From Alphaproteobacteria bacterium (lineage in GTDB: Bacteria; Pseudomonadota; Alphaproteobacteria; SP197): DNA of 64,000 nucleotides. The notes below the pieces were generated by a model. That model was given only the letters and a program-made list of their open reading frames with translations, was not told the origin of the DNA and searched no databases. Made by a program: the position numbers and the translations under genes. Within the stretch, counting starts at the first letter, position 1. Each line of letters opens with the position of its first letter. Where the stretch lies: assembly GCA_965228895.1 (NCBI GenBank), contig OZ245842.1, positions 4,576,001 to 4,640,000 on the forward strand. The letters are read 5' to 3'. This document shows, one piece after another, positions 27,201 to 36,992 of this stretch.

Positions 27201-28141
27201 GCACACGGCACCTTCTCGACCCCGAGCTGTTGGCGCTGGTCGACAGTTTTCCCGACCTTTCGTTCAGCCCGGACAAGCTGCTGGAAACACGCGCTCTGCT
27301 GAATGAGGCGATGGCGAAACAGGCCCCGCTGCCCGATGGCGTCATGCGCGAAGAACGGTGGATCCCGGGCCTGGACGGCGCGCCCGACGTTCGATGTCTG
27401 ATCTACCGCCACGACGCGACGGCGGACGGCGCGCCCGCCTACCTGCATATGCACGGCGGCGGTTATGTCTCCGGCTCACCGGACGGTGTCGAACCGCGCA
27501 ACGCGCGGATCGCCGCAGAGTGCGGTTGCCTTGTCGTCTCGATCGACTATCGGTTGGCGCCCGAACACCCGTTCCCCGCGGCGCGTGATGATGCCTATGC
27601 GGTGCTGGCCTGGCTGAACCAAGACGCCGCCGCGCTCCGCATTGATCCCGCGCGCATCGGTGTCGGTGGCGAAAGCGCGGGCGGCGGATTGGCGGCCTGC
27701 CTTGCCCTGACAGCGCGCGACCGTGGCGACTATCCGATCGCCCTGCAGGTCCTGGTCAATGCCATGCTCGACGAGAGAAGCGGCGGGCCGGAATCTCCCG
27801 GCGATCCGCTTCTTGGCGAGTTCGTCTGGCGCCGCCGGGATAATCAGGACGCCTGGTCAGCCTATCTGGGCGGCGCGCCCGCCACAGCACCGGCCGTACC
27901 GGCGCGCGCCGACGACTTGGCCGGGCTGCCACCAACCTGGGTTTCGACCGCCGCGCTGGATCTTTTCCTCGACGAGGACATCGCCTACGCGCGGCGTTTG
28001 CTTGCCGCCGGCGTGACGACCGAACTGCGTGTCTATCCCGCCGCCTGCCACAGCTATTCGCTGGCCCGCGAATCCGCCGTCGCCAGGCGTTTCGAAAACG
28101 ACTACCTGGATGCGATCAGACGCGGGCTCTGCACGGTCTGA
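27197..28141 (+). CDS. Alpha/beta hydrolase (HSL-type esterase)
   Basis: HGGGY, DYRLAPEHPFP, GESAGG; ATGA overlap with the dioxygenase. Confidence 0.92.
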   Translation: MSTRHLLDPELLALVDSFPDLSFSPDKLLETRALLNEAMAKQAPLPDGVMREERWIPGLDGAPDVRCLIYRHDATADGAPAYLHMHGGGYVSGSPDGVEPRNARIAAECGCLVVSIDYRLAPEHPFPAARDDAYAVLAWLNQDAAALRIDPARIGVGGESAGGGLAACLALTARDRGDYPIALQVLVNAMLDERSGGPESPGDPLLGEFVWRRRDNQDAWSAYLGGAPATAPAVPARADDLAGLPPTWVSTAALDLFLDEDIAYARRLLAAGVTTELRVYPAACHSYSLARESAVARRFENDYLDAIRRGLCTV

Positions 28142-28142
28142 G

Positions 28143-29393
28143 ATGGACGAACTGCGTCAAAGCCTTGCCGATCAGATCGATCACGACGGTGAGAACCTCG
28201 TCGGTTTTCTCGCCGACTTCGTGCGCGCCAAAAGCCCGAACCCGCCCGGCGACACGCGTGACGCCGCCGGCGTGCTCACACGATTTCTGGAAGCGGCAGG
28301 CATCGACTATGAGGTCATCGCGCCGCAGCCGGACATGCCGAACATCGTCGCCAGTTTCGAGGGCGGCGCGGGGCCCGGCCGGCATCTGGTGCTGAACGGC
28401 CATATCGATGTCTTCCCGGTCGAAGATGCCAGCGTGTGGGCGCGCGATCCCTGGTCGGGCGATATCGATGACGGCCGGATCTGGGGCCGGGGCGTTATCG
28501 ACATGAAATGCGGCACCGCCGCCATCACCCGCACGTTCGCTTACCTGCACGATGTCGCCGATCAACTGAAAGGCCGGCTGACCCTGACCTGCGTATCCGA
28601 TGAAGAGACCGTCGGTCCCTGGGGCGCGCGCTGGCTGGTCGACAACCACCGCGAAGCCGTGCTGGGCGATTGTCTACTGTCGGCCGAGGCGACGGGACCG
28701 CACGCCATCTACTTCGCCGAGCGCGGTGTCTTCTGGCTGACCATCACGATCAAGACGCCCGGCAACCATGGCGCCTATGGCCATACGACCCCCAGCGCCA
28801 GCCGTCTCGGCGCCGACCTGATCCGCGACCTCGCCGAAATCGAGACGATCGAGGGCGCGCTCTCCGACAACGTCGCTGCGATCCTGGACCGCGCCCAGGC
28901 AAGCATCGATGTCAGCCACGGCGCGGGCGCGTCGGATATCCTGAACAAGGTGACGCTCAACGTCGCCCAGGTGAACGCCGGCGTTAAGAACAACATGATC
29001 CCCGCGCGCTGCGAGATCGTTCTCGACGTGCGCCTGCCGATCGGTCTGACCAAGGCCGATGTCATGCCGGCGATCGAGGCGATCGTCGCGCGCTATCCCG
29101 ACGCCAGCATCGACCATGGCGAGACGCTTGATCCCAACTGGTGCGACCCCGACCATCCGCTGGTTGCGATCCTGCGGAAGAACGCGCAAGCGCTGACCGG
29201 CATCCGGCCCGACCCCATCGTCTGCCTGGGTATGACCGACGCGCGCCTGTGGCGTTACGCGGGCGTGCCGGCGTTTACCTATGGCTCGACGACCGAGGGC
29301 ACGGCGGGCATCGATGAGAACGTGACGATTGATGATTACCTGCATGTGGTGAAGGCGCATACGTTGTCAGCCTTCGACTACCTGACCTCGTGA
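28143..29393 (+). CDS. M20 ArgE/DapE family deacylase
   Basis: LNGHIDV, GRGVIDMKCG, SDEE, TDAR; the usual C-terminal His before DE is not evident. Confidence 0.9.
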   Translation: MDELRQSLADQIDHDGENLVGFLADFVRAKSPNPPGDTRDAAGVLTRFLEAAGIDYEVIAPQPDMPNIVASFEGGAGPGRHLVLNGHIDVFPVEDASVWARDPWSGDIDDGRIWGRGVIDMKCGTAAITRTFAYLHDVADQLKGRLTLTCVSDEETVGPWGARWLVDNHREAVLGDCLLSAEATGPHAIYFAERGVFWLTITIKTPGNHGAYGHTTPSASRLGADLIRDLAEIETIEGALSDNVAAILDRAQASIDVSHGAGASDILNKVTLNVAQVNAGVKNNMIPARCEIVLDVRLPIGLTKADVMPAIEAIVARYPDASIDHGETLDPNWCDPDHPLVAILRKNAQALTGIRPDPIVCLGMTDARLWRYAGVPAFTYGSTTEGTAGIDENVTIDDYLHVVKAHTLSAFDYLTS

Positions 29394-29468
29394 CGTTTGC
29401 GCCGTTGACAAAACCCAAAAATTTGAGGTCATAGTCCTGTCGCGCTTCACACAAAAAGGATTCGCGAC

Positions 29469-30359
29469 ATGACGACAACACCGACGATCAACACCCTGCA
29501 CAGCGCGACGACCGACCCCGGCCGGCACGCGCCTCTGCTTGCTGCTTTGTCCGACGATCCGGCAAACATGCCCGAAATCGTTTCCGGCTTTGTGCTGCAT
29601 CCCTGGCTGGCCGGCCAGCGCGACGTCACCATGACGGCCGAGCACGATGCCGACCGTCAAAGCCGTACGATGTCGGTGTTGCTCGATCGCTTGTTGGCGC
29701 GCGACGATCGGCCGCTGAATCAACGCCGGGCAGCAGGTGACCGGTTCTTTGGCACCTGCCGCGACTACGCCCTCGTGACATGTTCGATCCTGCGTGAACA
29801 CGGCCACAACGCGCGGATACGCTGCGGTTTTGCTGACTACTTCACACCCGGCTTTCAGGAAGACCACTGGGTTGCCGAAGTGTGGACCTTCGACGGCTGG
29901 CGGCTGGTCGACGCCGAGCTCGACGCGGTGACCGCGGCGGATATGGGCACAACGTTTCCAGCCGACGACGTGCCACGCGATCGTTTCCTGACCGCGCCAC
30001 AGGCGTGGCGCGATGCGCGCGCCAGCAAACTCGATCCCGACAAAATGGGCGTCTCGTTCATCGGTATGTCCGGCCTTTGGTTCGCCGCCGCCAGCGTGTG
30101 CCGCGATCTCTCGTCGCTTTATGGCGTCGAACTCTTGCCGTGGGATTATTGGGATGAAGCGGAGCGGTTCATGCTCGACCCGAGGTTCCTGGACACGCAT
30201 CTCCACAAGCTTGATGCGCTTGCCGATGCCGCCTTAGCCGCCGCGGCAACGCCATGGATGCCGCCGAACGAGACCCTGTGGCCGACATGGCTGTCATGGC
30301 CGAGAACCGTGTCGAGCTACCGCGGCGACCAGACGGTAAAGGTCGACCTGCCGATCTGA
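29469..30359 (+). CDS. Transglutaminase-like domain protein
   Basis: GTCRDYA, ARIRCGFADYF, DHWVAE, WRLVDA, ELLPWD. Confidence 0.85.
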   Translation: MTTTPTINTLHSATTDPGRHAPLLAALSDDPANMPEIVSGFVLHPWLAGQRDVTMTAEHDADRQSRTMSVLLDRLLARDDRPLNQRRAAGDRFFGTCRDYALVTCSILREHGHNARIRCGFADYFTPGFQEDHWVAEVWTFDGWRLVDAELDAVTAADMGTTFPADDVPRDRFLTAPQAWRDARASKLDPDKMGVSFIGMSGLWFAAASVCRDLSSLYGVELLPWDYWDEAERFMLDPRFLDTHLHKLDALADAALAAAATPWMPPNETLWPTWLSWPRTVSSYRGDQTVKVDLPI

Positions 30360-30363
30360 TCGG

Positions 30364-31257
30364 TCAGCCGCCGATCTGACCGCCCTGTGCAGACCACCAG
30401 TCTGACCAGGCATCGTGGTCTTTGCCGAAGTTCTGGCCGGTGATCTCTCGAAGCGACCAGGACGAGAACCAGCGGACGTCGTCGGAGGGATCCTTCAAAG
30501 CTTCGATCAAGGCATCGATCGCGTTCTGGTCACCCAATCGGCCCAACGACCACGCGGCCTCGCGCCGGACCCTTTCGCTGTCATCGAGTTCCAGCACATC
30601 GATGAGTTCCGGCACCACAGCGGAATCGCCGAGATCACCGAGCAGGCTTGCAATCTCGGCACGCACCGACACGTCGGCGACATGCACGCTGGGAACGACG
30701 GATTCAACACCCCAGGCCGAGACCATGACTTCGGCAAGTGCCCTGGCAAAACCGTTGGGCCGCTCGAACGCATCGTTGAACGGTGCGTTCTGTGGTTTGT
30801 CATAGCCAAGGTTGACGGTCGCCAGAGAGAACGGCATCGGCGTAACGTTCTGGAATTCCTGATAGTAGGAATTGCCGCCCGGGTCCTTCAACAGAACTGC
30901 GCCATTGATCGACGCACCGGTATAAAGATAGGTGCCTTCGACCTCGAAATAGGTTCGGCCCAACGCCCGGCCCTCAAGCCAGATTTCGATGGTGTAGGCG
31001 GCTGCGTCCCCGGCGTCACTGTCGGCAAGATCGAAACCCGCCTCGAAAACCATGTCCTCGGCGGTTTCAAGAACTGGCAACTCAAAGTTCTCGAGCTGAT
31101 GGAAACCCTGCTCGGGCGGGATGCGGTAGTCATAGGACTGGTTGATCACGAGCAACACGTCGTTGGCACGCGCGTTCGCGGTCAGGATGACCAACAAGAC
31201 GATGCCCACGATCGCTGCCGCGCTGCCTGCGCGGCACAATCCACATACCGGCTTCAT
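30364..31257 (-). CDS. Exported HEAT-repeat protein (paralog 2)
   Basis: Signal peptide; VRREAAWSLGRLGD...LIEALKD...VRW. Confidence 0.85.
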   Translation of the reverse strand: MKPVCGLCRAGSAAAIVGIVLLVILTANARANDVLLVINQSYDYRIPPEQGFHQLENFELPVLETAEDMVFEAGFDLADSDAGDAAAYTIEIWLEGRALGRTYFEVEGTYLYTGASINGAVLLKDPGGNSYYQEFQNVTPMPFSLATVNLGYDKPQNAPFNDAFERPNGFARALAEVMVSAWGVESVVPSVHVADVSVRAEIASLLGDLGDSAVVPELIDVLELDDSERVRREAAWSLGRLGDQNAIDALIEALKDPSDDVRWFSSWSLREITGQNFGKDHDAWSDWWSAQGGQIGG

Positions 31258-31315
31258 GCCATAAGAATACTGCAGAAATCGGCGGGTTTGTATCGCCAGG
31301 CGTAACGTGCCTCAA

Positions 31316-32206
31316 TCAGCCTTCGGCGGCGACATCCCGGCTGGCCCACCATTGCGTCCACGTTTCATAATCGGGACCGAAATTTTCACCGGTGAGAGCG
31401 CGCAGCGACCACGACGAAAACCATCGGACGTCGTCCGAACTATCCTGCAATGCCTCGATCAGGGACGGAATTGCCTGTTCGTCACCCAGGCGACCGAGTG
31501 ACCATGCGGCTTCCCAGCGTGCCCGTTCGTCGTCGTCATAGGTCAGGACCTCGATCAGGTTCGGGGTCACCGACGGATCGCCGACATCGCCGAGATACTT
31601 TGCGACACTGGAGCGGATCACCGGCTCGTGCTCATAGAGTGACGGCACAAGCGCCTCCATGCCCCAGGTCTGATGGAAGACGCGCGCCAGGGAATCAACC
31701 AGACCGCCAGACTGTTCAAGCGTCTTGATGAACGGAGCGTTGCGCGGGTCCTCGTAACCCAGATTAATCGTCAGTTCGAACAGCCGCTGTGTTTCGCTCA
31801 AGAAGTTCGAGCGGACCATTTCTCCGCCGCCTGATGTCAGCTTGACCGTACCGTCCAACTGCGCACCGGTATAGAGATACGCCTTGACCGGTTCGAAATA
31901 GCTGCTGCCCAGCGCGCGTCCACGGATCGTGATCTCCAGCCGCGCGTCATAGGGGCCGTCATCATCGGAGTAGGCAACGTCCATCCCGGCGGCGAACAAC
32001 ATGTCCTCCGCCAGCGCCAGGGCCGGCAGGTCAAAGCCATCAATCGCCGAATAGGTGATCTGCGATGGTTCCCGGTATTCATAGACCTGATCGATGACAA
32101 TCAAGACCGTTTCCGCCTTGGCGCGCGACCAGCCGGCCACCGCAAGCACGGTGACCACGGCGAACACGGTTCGCGCCAAGAAAAGGGGCCGATTCGATCG
32201 TTTCAT
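31316..32206 (-). CDS. Exported HEAT-repeat protein (paralog 1)
   Basis: Signal peptide; RWEAAWSLGRLGD...LIEALQD...VRW; colinear with 30364-31257. Confidence 0.85.
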   Translation of the reverse strand: MKRSNRPLFLARTVFAVVTVLAVAGWSRAKAETVLIVIDQVYEYREPSQITYSAIDGFDLPALALAEDMLFAAGMDVAYSDDDGPYDARLEITIRGRALGSSYFEPVKAYLYTGAQLDGTVKLTSGGGEMVRSNFLSETQRLFELTINLGYEDPRNAPFIKTLEQSGGLVDSLARVFHQTWGMEALVPSLYEHEPVIRSSVAKYLGDVGDPSVTPNLIEVLTYDDDERARWEAAWSLGRLGDEQAIPSLIEALQDSSDDVRWFSSWSLRALTGENFGPDYETWTQWWASRDVAAEG

Positions 32207-32298
32207 GCGGCCATTCTAGCGGGAATCCGGCCCAATTTCGCCTGTCCGGCGGCGGTCTGGCGTCACACGCTCGTGAGACCGCCCAAAGCGGTGTTGTT

Positions 32299-32886
32299 TT
32301 AAGGTTGGTGGTGGTCGCGCCAGGCCGCGATCAGTGTCTCGCCCTCGGCAATCTCATCGTCAGACAGGGTGTCGAGGAAAGAGGCGAGATTGGCCGCCGC
32401 GAAAGCGTCACCGCCATCCGCAGCCAGGCTGAGCCACTGATAAGCCTCGGCGCGGCGGGTATCGTCACCGCGCGCAAGCAGATAGCCAAGCAGCGACTGT
32501 GCCGCCGTATCACCGGCTTCGGCGACCGGGAACAGACTGTTTTCCGCGCCCGCCACGTCGACCGGGCCGCCGCGGCCCTCGATCTGCATCAAGGCCAGGC
32601 GATACCCCGCACGTCCATGACCTTGTTCCGCCGCCTTCGCGTACCACGACCGCGCCGCCACCAGATCGGCGGCATCGTGGACGCCGTGCTCCAGCGCGAA
32701 GGCGAGCAGGTATTGTGCTTCGGCATCGCCGGCTTCTGCCTGCTCGCCGTACCACGACAGAGCATCGCTGTAGCCGGCAGCCGCGTCAGAGGAAACGGCA
32801 AGTCCGGCAATCAGCACGAAGGCGCAGCCAAGTGCTGCACCGATGTTGCCGATACGGCGCAGCGCGTTGCCACATAGAACCATCAT
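32299..32886 (-). CDS. Exported Sel1-repeat protein
   Basis: AEAGDAEAQYLL, WYAKAAEQGH, AYQWLSLAA. Confidence 0.85.
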   Translation of the reverse strand: MMVLCGNALRRIGNIGAALGCAFVLIAGLAVSSDAAAGYSDALSWYGEQAEAGDAEAQYLLAFALEHGVHDAADLVAARSWYAKAAEQGHGRAGYRLALMQIEGRGGPVDVAGAENSLFPVAEAGDTAAQSLLGYLLARGDDTRRAEAYQWLSLAADGGDAFAAANLASFLDTLSDDEIAEGETLIAAWRDHHQP

Positions 32887-32948
32887 GGCGATGGCATGTC
32901 CCCCAGTGTCCCCCCTGTCGGCCGGAGATTAGCCGCGACACACGCCCG

Positions 32949-33914
32949 TCACAATGGCCCGTCGCGTTCCTTTGTAAGGTGATGCAGCAACCCGCCTACC
33001 GCCTCATCGAAGGCGAGATCACCGGAAAGCACACGGTCGCACAATGCCCCGAGCGCATCGGGTCCCAGGTCATGGGCCCGGTCGCGGGCCAGATCGGCGA
33101 CCGCTGCGATCAGTAGCTGACCCATGCGCCGGCGCGCACCGTCGACGCCCGATGCCGCCTTGCGCGCACCGAGTTCCATCATTGTGTCGACGAGCGCTTC
33201 AACACCATCGCCCCTGACCGCGATCGTCTTGAGCACGACCGGCCGGCGGTCTTCCGGTAAATAGGATGACGCGCCCTTCAGTGCGGCTTCGGTCTGCACG
33301 GCCTGGGGCAAATCCGACTTGTTGACGACCAGAACGTCGGCAATTTCCAGGATGCCGGCTTTGGCGGCCTGGACCTCGTCGCCGGCGCCCGGCGCCCAGA
33401 CGACGACGCGAATATCGGCCAAGCCGGCGATCTCGATCTCCGACTGGCCGACGCCGACGGTTTCGACCAGGACAACGTCCTTGCCGCCGGCGTCCATCAC
33501 GTCGACCAGCCGCGCGGTGTTGCGCGACAGGCCGCCCAGGTGGCCACGCGAAGCGACCGAGCGCACGAAGACATCGGGGTCGCCGGCATGGTCAAGCATA
33601 CGCACACGGTCACCGAGCAGCGCGCCGCCGGTAAAGGGGCTGGACGGATCGACCGCCAGGACGCCGACCGTCCGGGATCGCGCGCGAAGATCGCGAATGA
33701 CCGCCGACACCAAGGTCGACTTGCCCGCACCCGGCGCACCGGTGATCCCGACCACAAGCGCACGGCCGGTTCTGCCATGGGCGGCACGCAGCACGACTGC
33801 TGCTTCGTCGGTATCGTTCTCCACCGCGGTGATCGCGCGCGCAAGCGCGGCACGGTCGCCTTCGAACAGGCGATCGATCCAGGTTGCGGTCGAAGTTGGG
33901 GAAGACGCAGACAT
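32949..33914 (-). CDS. meaB: MeaB/ArgK G3E GTPase
   Basis: GITGAPGAGKST, AVDPSSPFTGGALLGDRVRM, ETVGVGQSE, VNKSD. Confidence 0.95.
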   Translation of the reverse strand: MSASSPTSTATWIDRLFEGDRAALARAITAVENDTDEAAVVLRAAHGRTGRALVVGITGAPGAGKSTLVSAVIRDLRARSRTVGVLAVDPSSPFTGGALLGDRVRMLDHAGDPDVFVRSVASRGHLGGLSRNTARLVDVMDAGGKDVVLVETVGVGQSEIEIAGLADIRVVVWAPGAGDEVQAAKAGILEIADVLVVNKSDLPQAVQTEAALKGASSYLPEDRRPVVLKTIAVRGDGVEALVDTMMELGARKAASGVDGARRRMGQLLIAAVADLARDRAHDLGPDALGALCDRVLSGDLAFDEAVGGLLHHLTKERDGPL

Positions 33915-34002
33915 TCTGGCGGCGCAGTCTACGCGTGTGGCCGATCAGTCGGAAGCCCGACGCCACATTGCGTCTCCGCGCGTTTTGACGCAGGTTTTCG
34001 GG

Positions 34003-35070
34003 ATGACCACGAACAACAAACTGGAATTGATGTCGGTGACCGGCGCCGACGGCGGCTGCACGCCGGTCGACGGTGTTTCTCTGCATGTTGAACCGGGCGA
34101 GACCCTTGCCATCCTTGGTCCCGAGCGCGCCGGCAAGTCGTCACTTATTCGTTTGATCGCCGGGTTCGGCGAGGTCGTGGGCGGTCACATTTCGTTCAAC
34201 GGCCATAACCTCGCCAAGGTTGCGCCGCGTCGACGACCGTTCGCCCTGCTCGGCGAACGCGATGCCCTGTTTCCCCATCTGACGGTGCGCAAGAACATCG
34301 CCTATGGCTTGAAGGCACACCGCCTTGACCCGCGCGACATCGAGGAGCGCATTCACGAGAACCTCGCCTACTTCGAGATCACCGCGCTGCTGAACGACTA
34401 TCCAGATGGCTTGAGCCGTTCGGATCGCCACAAGGTGGCGCTGGCTCGCGCGCTTGCGACCCGTCCGCTGGTGGTGCTGATGGATCAGCCATTTGACGCG
34501 CTCGATCCCATGCTGGCCGGCCAATTGATGTTCACCCTGCGCGACCTGCAGCGTCACGCCGGTTTCAGCGTGGTCATGGCGACCCGAGACAGCGAGGCGG
34601 CACTTGCCGTTTCCGACCGAATCGCCGTGATGAGCGAAGGTCGGCTGTTGCAAGTGGGAACGCCCGATGCACTTTTCGATCGGCCGGAACACGCCCTGGT
34701 CGCGACACTGACCGGCCCGGTCAACCTGATTTACGGGACAGCCCACGGCAACGCGATCGAGGTTTCCGGATTGGGAGCGTTGCCCGCAAACGCGAGCGCG
34801 CTGCCTGCCGGCACGCCGGCGGTCTTGTGCCTGCGGCCGGATTTGCTCGAGCTTTCGCTCTATCCGCCCGAAAGCGCGGAGATCGCCGTGCAGTTCGAGG
34901 TGCGCGACGTCACCTATGCCGGCGGCGGTTTGCGCGTGCGACTGGAGAACGGTTCCCATCGGCTGGCGGCGCGCCTGGACGGCCGGCGCCTGACATCTGG
35001 CGACTTGCCAGCGGGACGCCAGATATGGTGTACCTGGGACCGCGATGCCGCCCACGTCCTGGGCGCGTGA
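34003..35070 (+). CDS. PotA-like ABC ATP-binding protein with TOBE domain, degenerate motifs
   Basis: GPERAGKS, ALFPHLTVRKNIAYGL, LSRSDRH, LMDQPF, ATRDSEAA. Confidence 0.85.
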   Translation: MTTNNKLELMSVTGADGGCTPVDGVSLHVEPGETLAILGPERAGKSSLIRLIAGFGEVVGGHISFNGHNLAKVAPRRRPFALLGERDALFPHLTVRKNIAYGLKAHRLDPRDIEERIHENLAYFEITALLNDYPDGLSRSDRHKVALARALATRPLVVLMDQPFDALDPMLAGQLMFTLRDLQRHAGFSVVMATRDSEAALAVSDRIAVMSEGRLLQVGTPDALFDRPEHALVATLTGPVNLIYGTAHGNAIEVSGLGALPANASALPAGTPAVLCLRPDLLELSLYPPESAEIAVQFEVRDVTYAGGGLRVRLENGSHRLAARLDGRRLTSGDLPAGRQIWCTWDRDAAHVLGA

Positions 35071-35106
35071 AACAACAATCGATACCTAAGGATTCAGGGG
35101 GACTTC

Positions 35107-36399
35107 ATGAGTGACGGCAAGACCATCGTGTTCTTTCCAGAGGCCGCGTTCGGCCCGGCGCTAAACTCCGTCGGCATCGCGCAGGTCTGCCGTGACATGG
35201 GGCACAACTGCGTGTTCGTGGCCGATGTCGGCTTCGAAGGCGTGTTCGCCGGATACGGTTTCGAGGAACGGCTGATCCACATGTCCGAGCCGATGGATGC
35301 AGAGGCCTCGGCGCAGTATTGGGTCGACTTCATCAACGGCCATTTGCCGAACTTCCGCACCCCGCCGATCGACCAGATCTCGACCTACATCAAGGGCTGC
35401 TGGGAAGCGATCCTGGAGACCTCGGTGTGGGCGGAAAAGGAACTGCCTGAGACGCTTGCCGACATCAAACCCGACCTGATCTGCGTCGACAACGTGATCT
35501 TGTTCCCGGCGACCAAACAATATGGTGTGCCTTGGGTACGCATCATCTCGTGCAGCGAAAACGAGATAGAGGATCCGAATATTCCGCCTCATCTCTCCGG
35601 CTGTTTTGCCGATGATAAGGCCTGCTTCACCGCCTTCCGCGAAAAGTTCGAGCGCGAGATCAAACCGATCCACGACAATTTCAATGCCTTCCTGGCCGAA
35701 TGTGGTGAAGACCCGTATCCCCTCGGCCAGTTCTTCGAGGCCTCGCCATGGCTCAACCTGCTGCATTATCCCAAGCCGCTCGCCTATGAGCGCCTTCACC
35801 CGCTGGATCCCGAGAAGTTCCAGTACCTCGAAGGCTGCATTCGCGCCGAAGAGAGTTATGAAGTCCCGACGTTCAAGGAGAACAACGACAAGCCGCTGAT
35901 CTATGTCAGCTTCGGCAGCTTGGGGTCATCCGACACCGACCTGATGAAACGCCTGATCGCGACGCTCGGCAAGCTGCCCTATCGCGTGCTGGTGAATGTC
36001 GGCGACTACGGCGATGCCTATGAATCGGTCCCCGACAACTGTCATGTCGAGAGCTGGTACCCCCAACCATCGGTCATCGCCCAGGTCGATGCGGTCATCC
36101 ACCACGGTGGCAACAACAGCTTCAACGAGTGCCTGTTCTTCGGCAAACCAGCGCTGATCATGCCCTATTGCTGGGACGGCCACGACAATGCGTCGCGTAT
36201 TCAGGAGACCGGCTACGGCCTGAAGCTGGAGCGCTATACCTGGTCAGACAGCGATATCGAAAATGCCATGAACACCATGATGACGGACGGAGCCATGGCA
36301 ACGCGTCTCGCTGACCTGTCGCGCCACATGCAGGCCCAGGATGGGCGCCGCAAGGGTGCGGAGGCGCTGGATGCTCTTCTAAAGGCCACCGCATCGTGA
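35107..36399 (+). CDS. GT1 (MGT/UDPGT-like) glycosyltransferase
   Basis: IYVSFGSLG, WYPQPSVI...HHGGNNSFNE, WDGHDNA. Confidence 0.9.
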   Translation: MSDGKTIVFFPEAAFGPALNSVGIAQVCRDMGHNCVFVADVGFEGVFAGYGFEERLIHMSEPMDAEASAQYWVDFINGHLPNFRTPPIDQISTYIKGCWEAILETSVWAEKELPETLADIKPDLICVDNVILFPATKQYGVPWVRIISCSENEIEDPNIPPHLSGCFADDKACFTAFREKFEREIKPIHDNFNAFLAECGEDPYPLGQFFEASPWLNLLHYPKPLAYERLHPLDPEKFQYLEGCIRAEESYEVPTFKENNDKPLIYVSFGSLGSSDTDLMKRLIATLGKLPYRVLVNVGDYGDAYESVPDNCHVESWYPQPSVIAQVDAVIHHGGNNSFNECLFFGKPALIMPYCWDGHDNASRIQETGYGLKLERYTWSDSDIENAMNTMMTDGAMATRLADLSRHMQAQDGRRKGAEALDALLKATAS

Positions 36400-36758
36400 G
36401 CGACACGACGGTTCCACGACTGCCCGACGTCGCCAACCTGAACGAGAGCGACCTCGCCGACTGGGGTGATGTTCCCGAGCCGCTCAGCGAGGCCGTGTCG
36501 CACACGTCCGGCAAGGTCATCGTGGGCGGCGGCGGAACCTTTCCGGAGGCTGGCTATTGGCGCTGCACGCCGGGAAGCTGGCGCTGCGAGGTCGAGCGCG
36601 ACGAGTTCTGCCATTTTTTGGAAGGCACGTGTCTCTACACCCATGACAACGGCGAGGAGATCGCGATCAAGGGCGGCGATACCGCCTGGTTTCCGGCCGG
36701 CTGGCGTGGGCGTTGCGATGTCCGGGACACCGTCGCCAAGGTCTACCTGATCCGATAA
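36396..36758 (+). CDS. Cupin (DUF861/EutQ-like)
   Basis: GYWRCTPGSW, EFCHFLEG, GDTAWFPAGWRG. Confidence 0.9.
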   Translation: MSDTTVPRLPDVANLNESDLADWGDVPEPLSEAVSHTSGKVIVGGGGTFPEAGYWRCTPGSWRCEVERDEFCHFLEGTCLYTHDNGEEIAIKGGDTAWFPAGWRGRCDVRDTVAKVYLIR

Positions 36759-36759
36759 C

Positions 36760-36959
36760 GGTTTGTTCTTGGGGGACAGGGTTGCCGGTCCCTGTTGCGC
36801 GGCCTAGATCGGTGGAGAGCATCTGCCCTGGGGGGACCCCGACCTTAGCGGCGCGCAACGGGACCGGCTACTTCCCTGAGGAAGCCCGAAGACCGGGCTA
36901 TGCCGGTATCCGGTTGAGCCTCGGCATCGCCGGCCATGAACGGTGATGCCAGAGCTGTG
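36760..36959 (-). ncRNA. Candidate structured small RNA (family unrecognised; strand inferred)
   Basis: Four consecutive hairpins, including a ~115-nt stem (GCCGGTCCC-t-GTTGCGCG / CGCGCAACGGGACCGGC); upstream CRP-type box. Confidence 0.45.
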
Positions 36960-36992
36960 AGGAGTCATATAAATCGGATATCGGCTAGAGTT

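Noticed and set aside
33319-34002. N-terminal extension of the ABC ATPase (583-aa ORF)
   Set aside because: Antisense shadow of meaB; ABC homology begins near ATG 34003.
36760-36960. SRP RNA, 6S RNA, RNase P or hammerhead ribozyme
   Set aside because: Lacks the SRP TCAGG...GGAA...AGCAG core, the RNase P GAGGAAAGTCC motif, a clear 6S central-bubble architecture and the CTGATGA/GAAA core.
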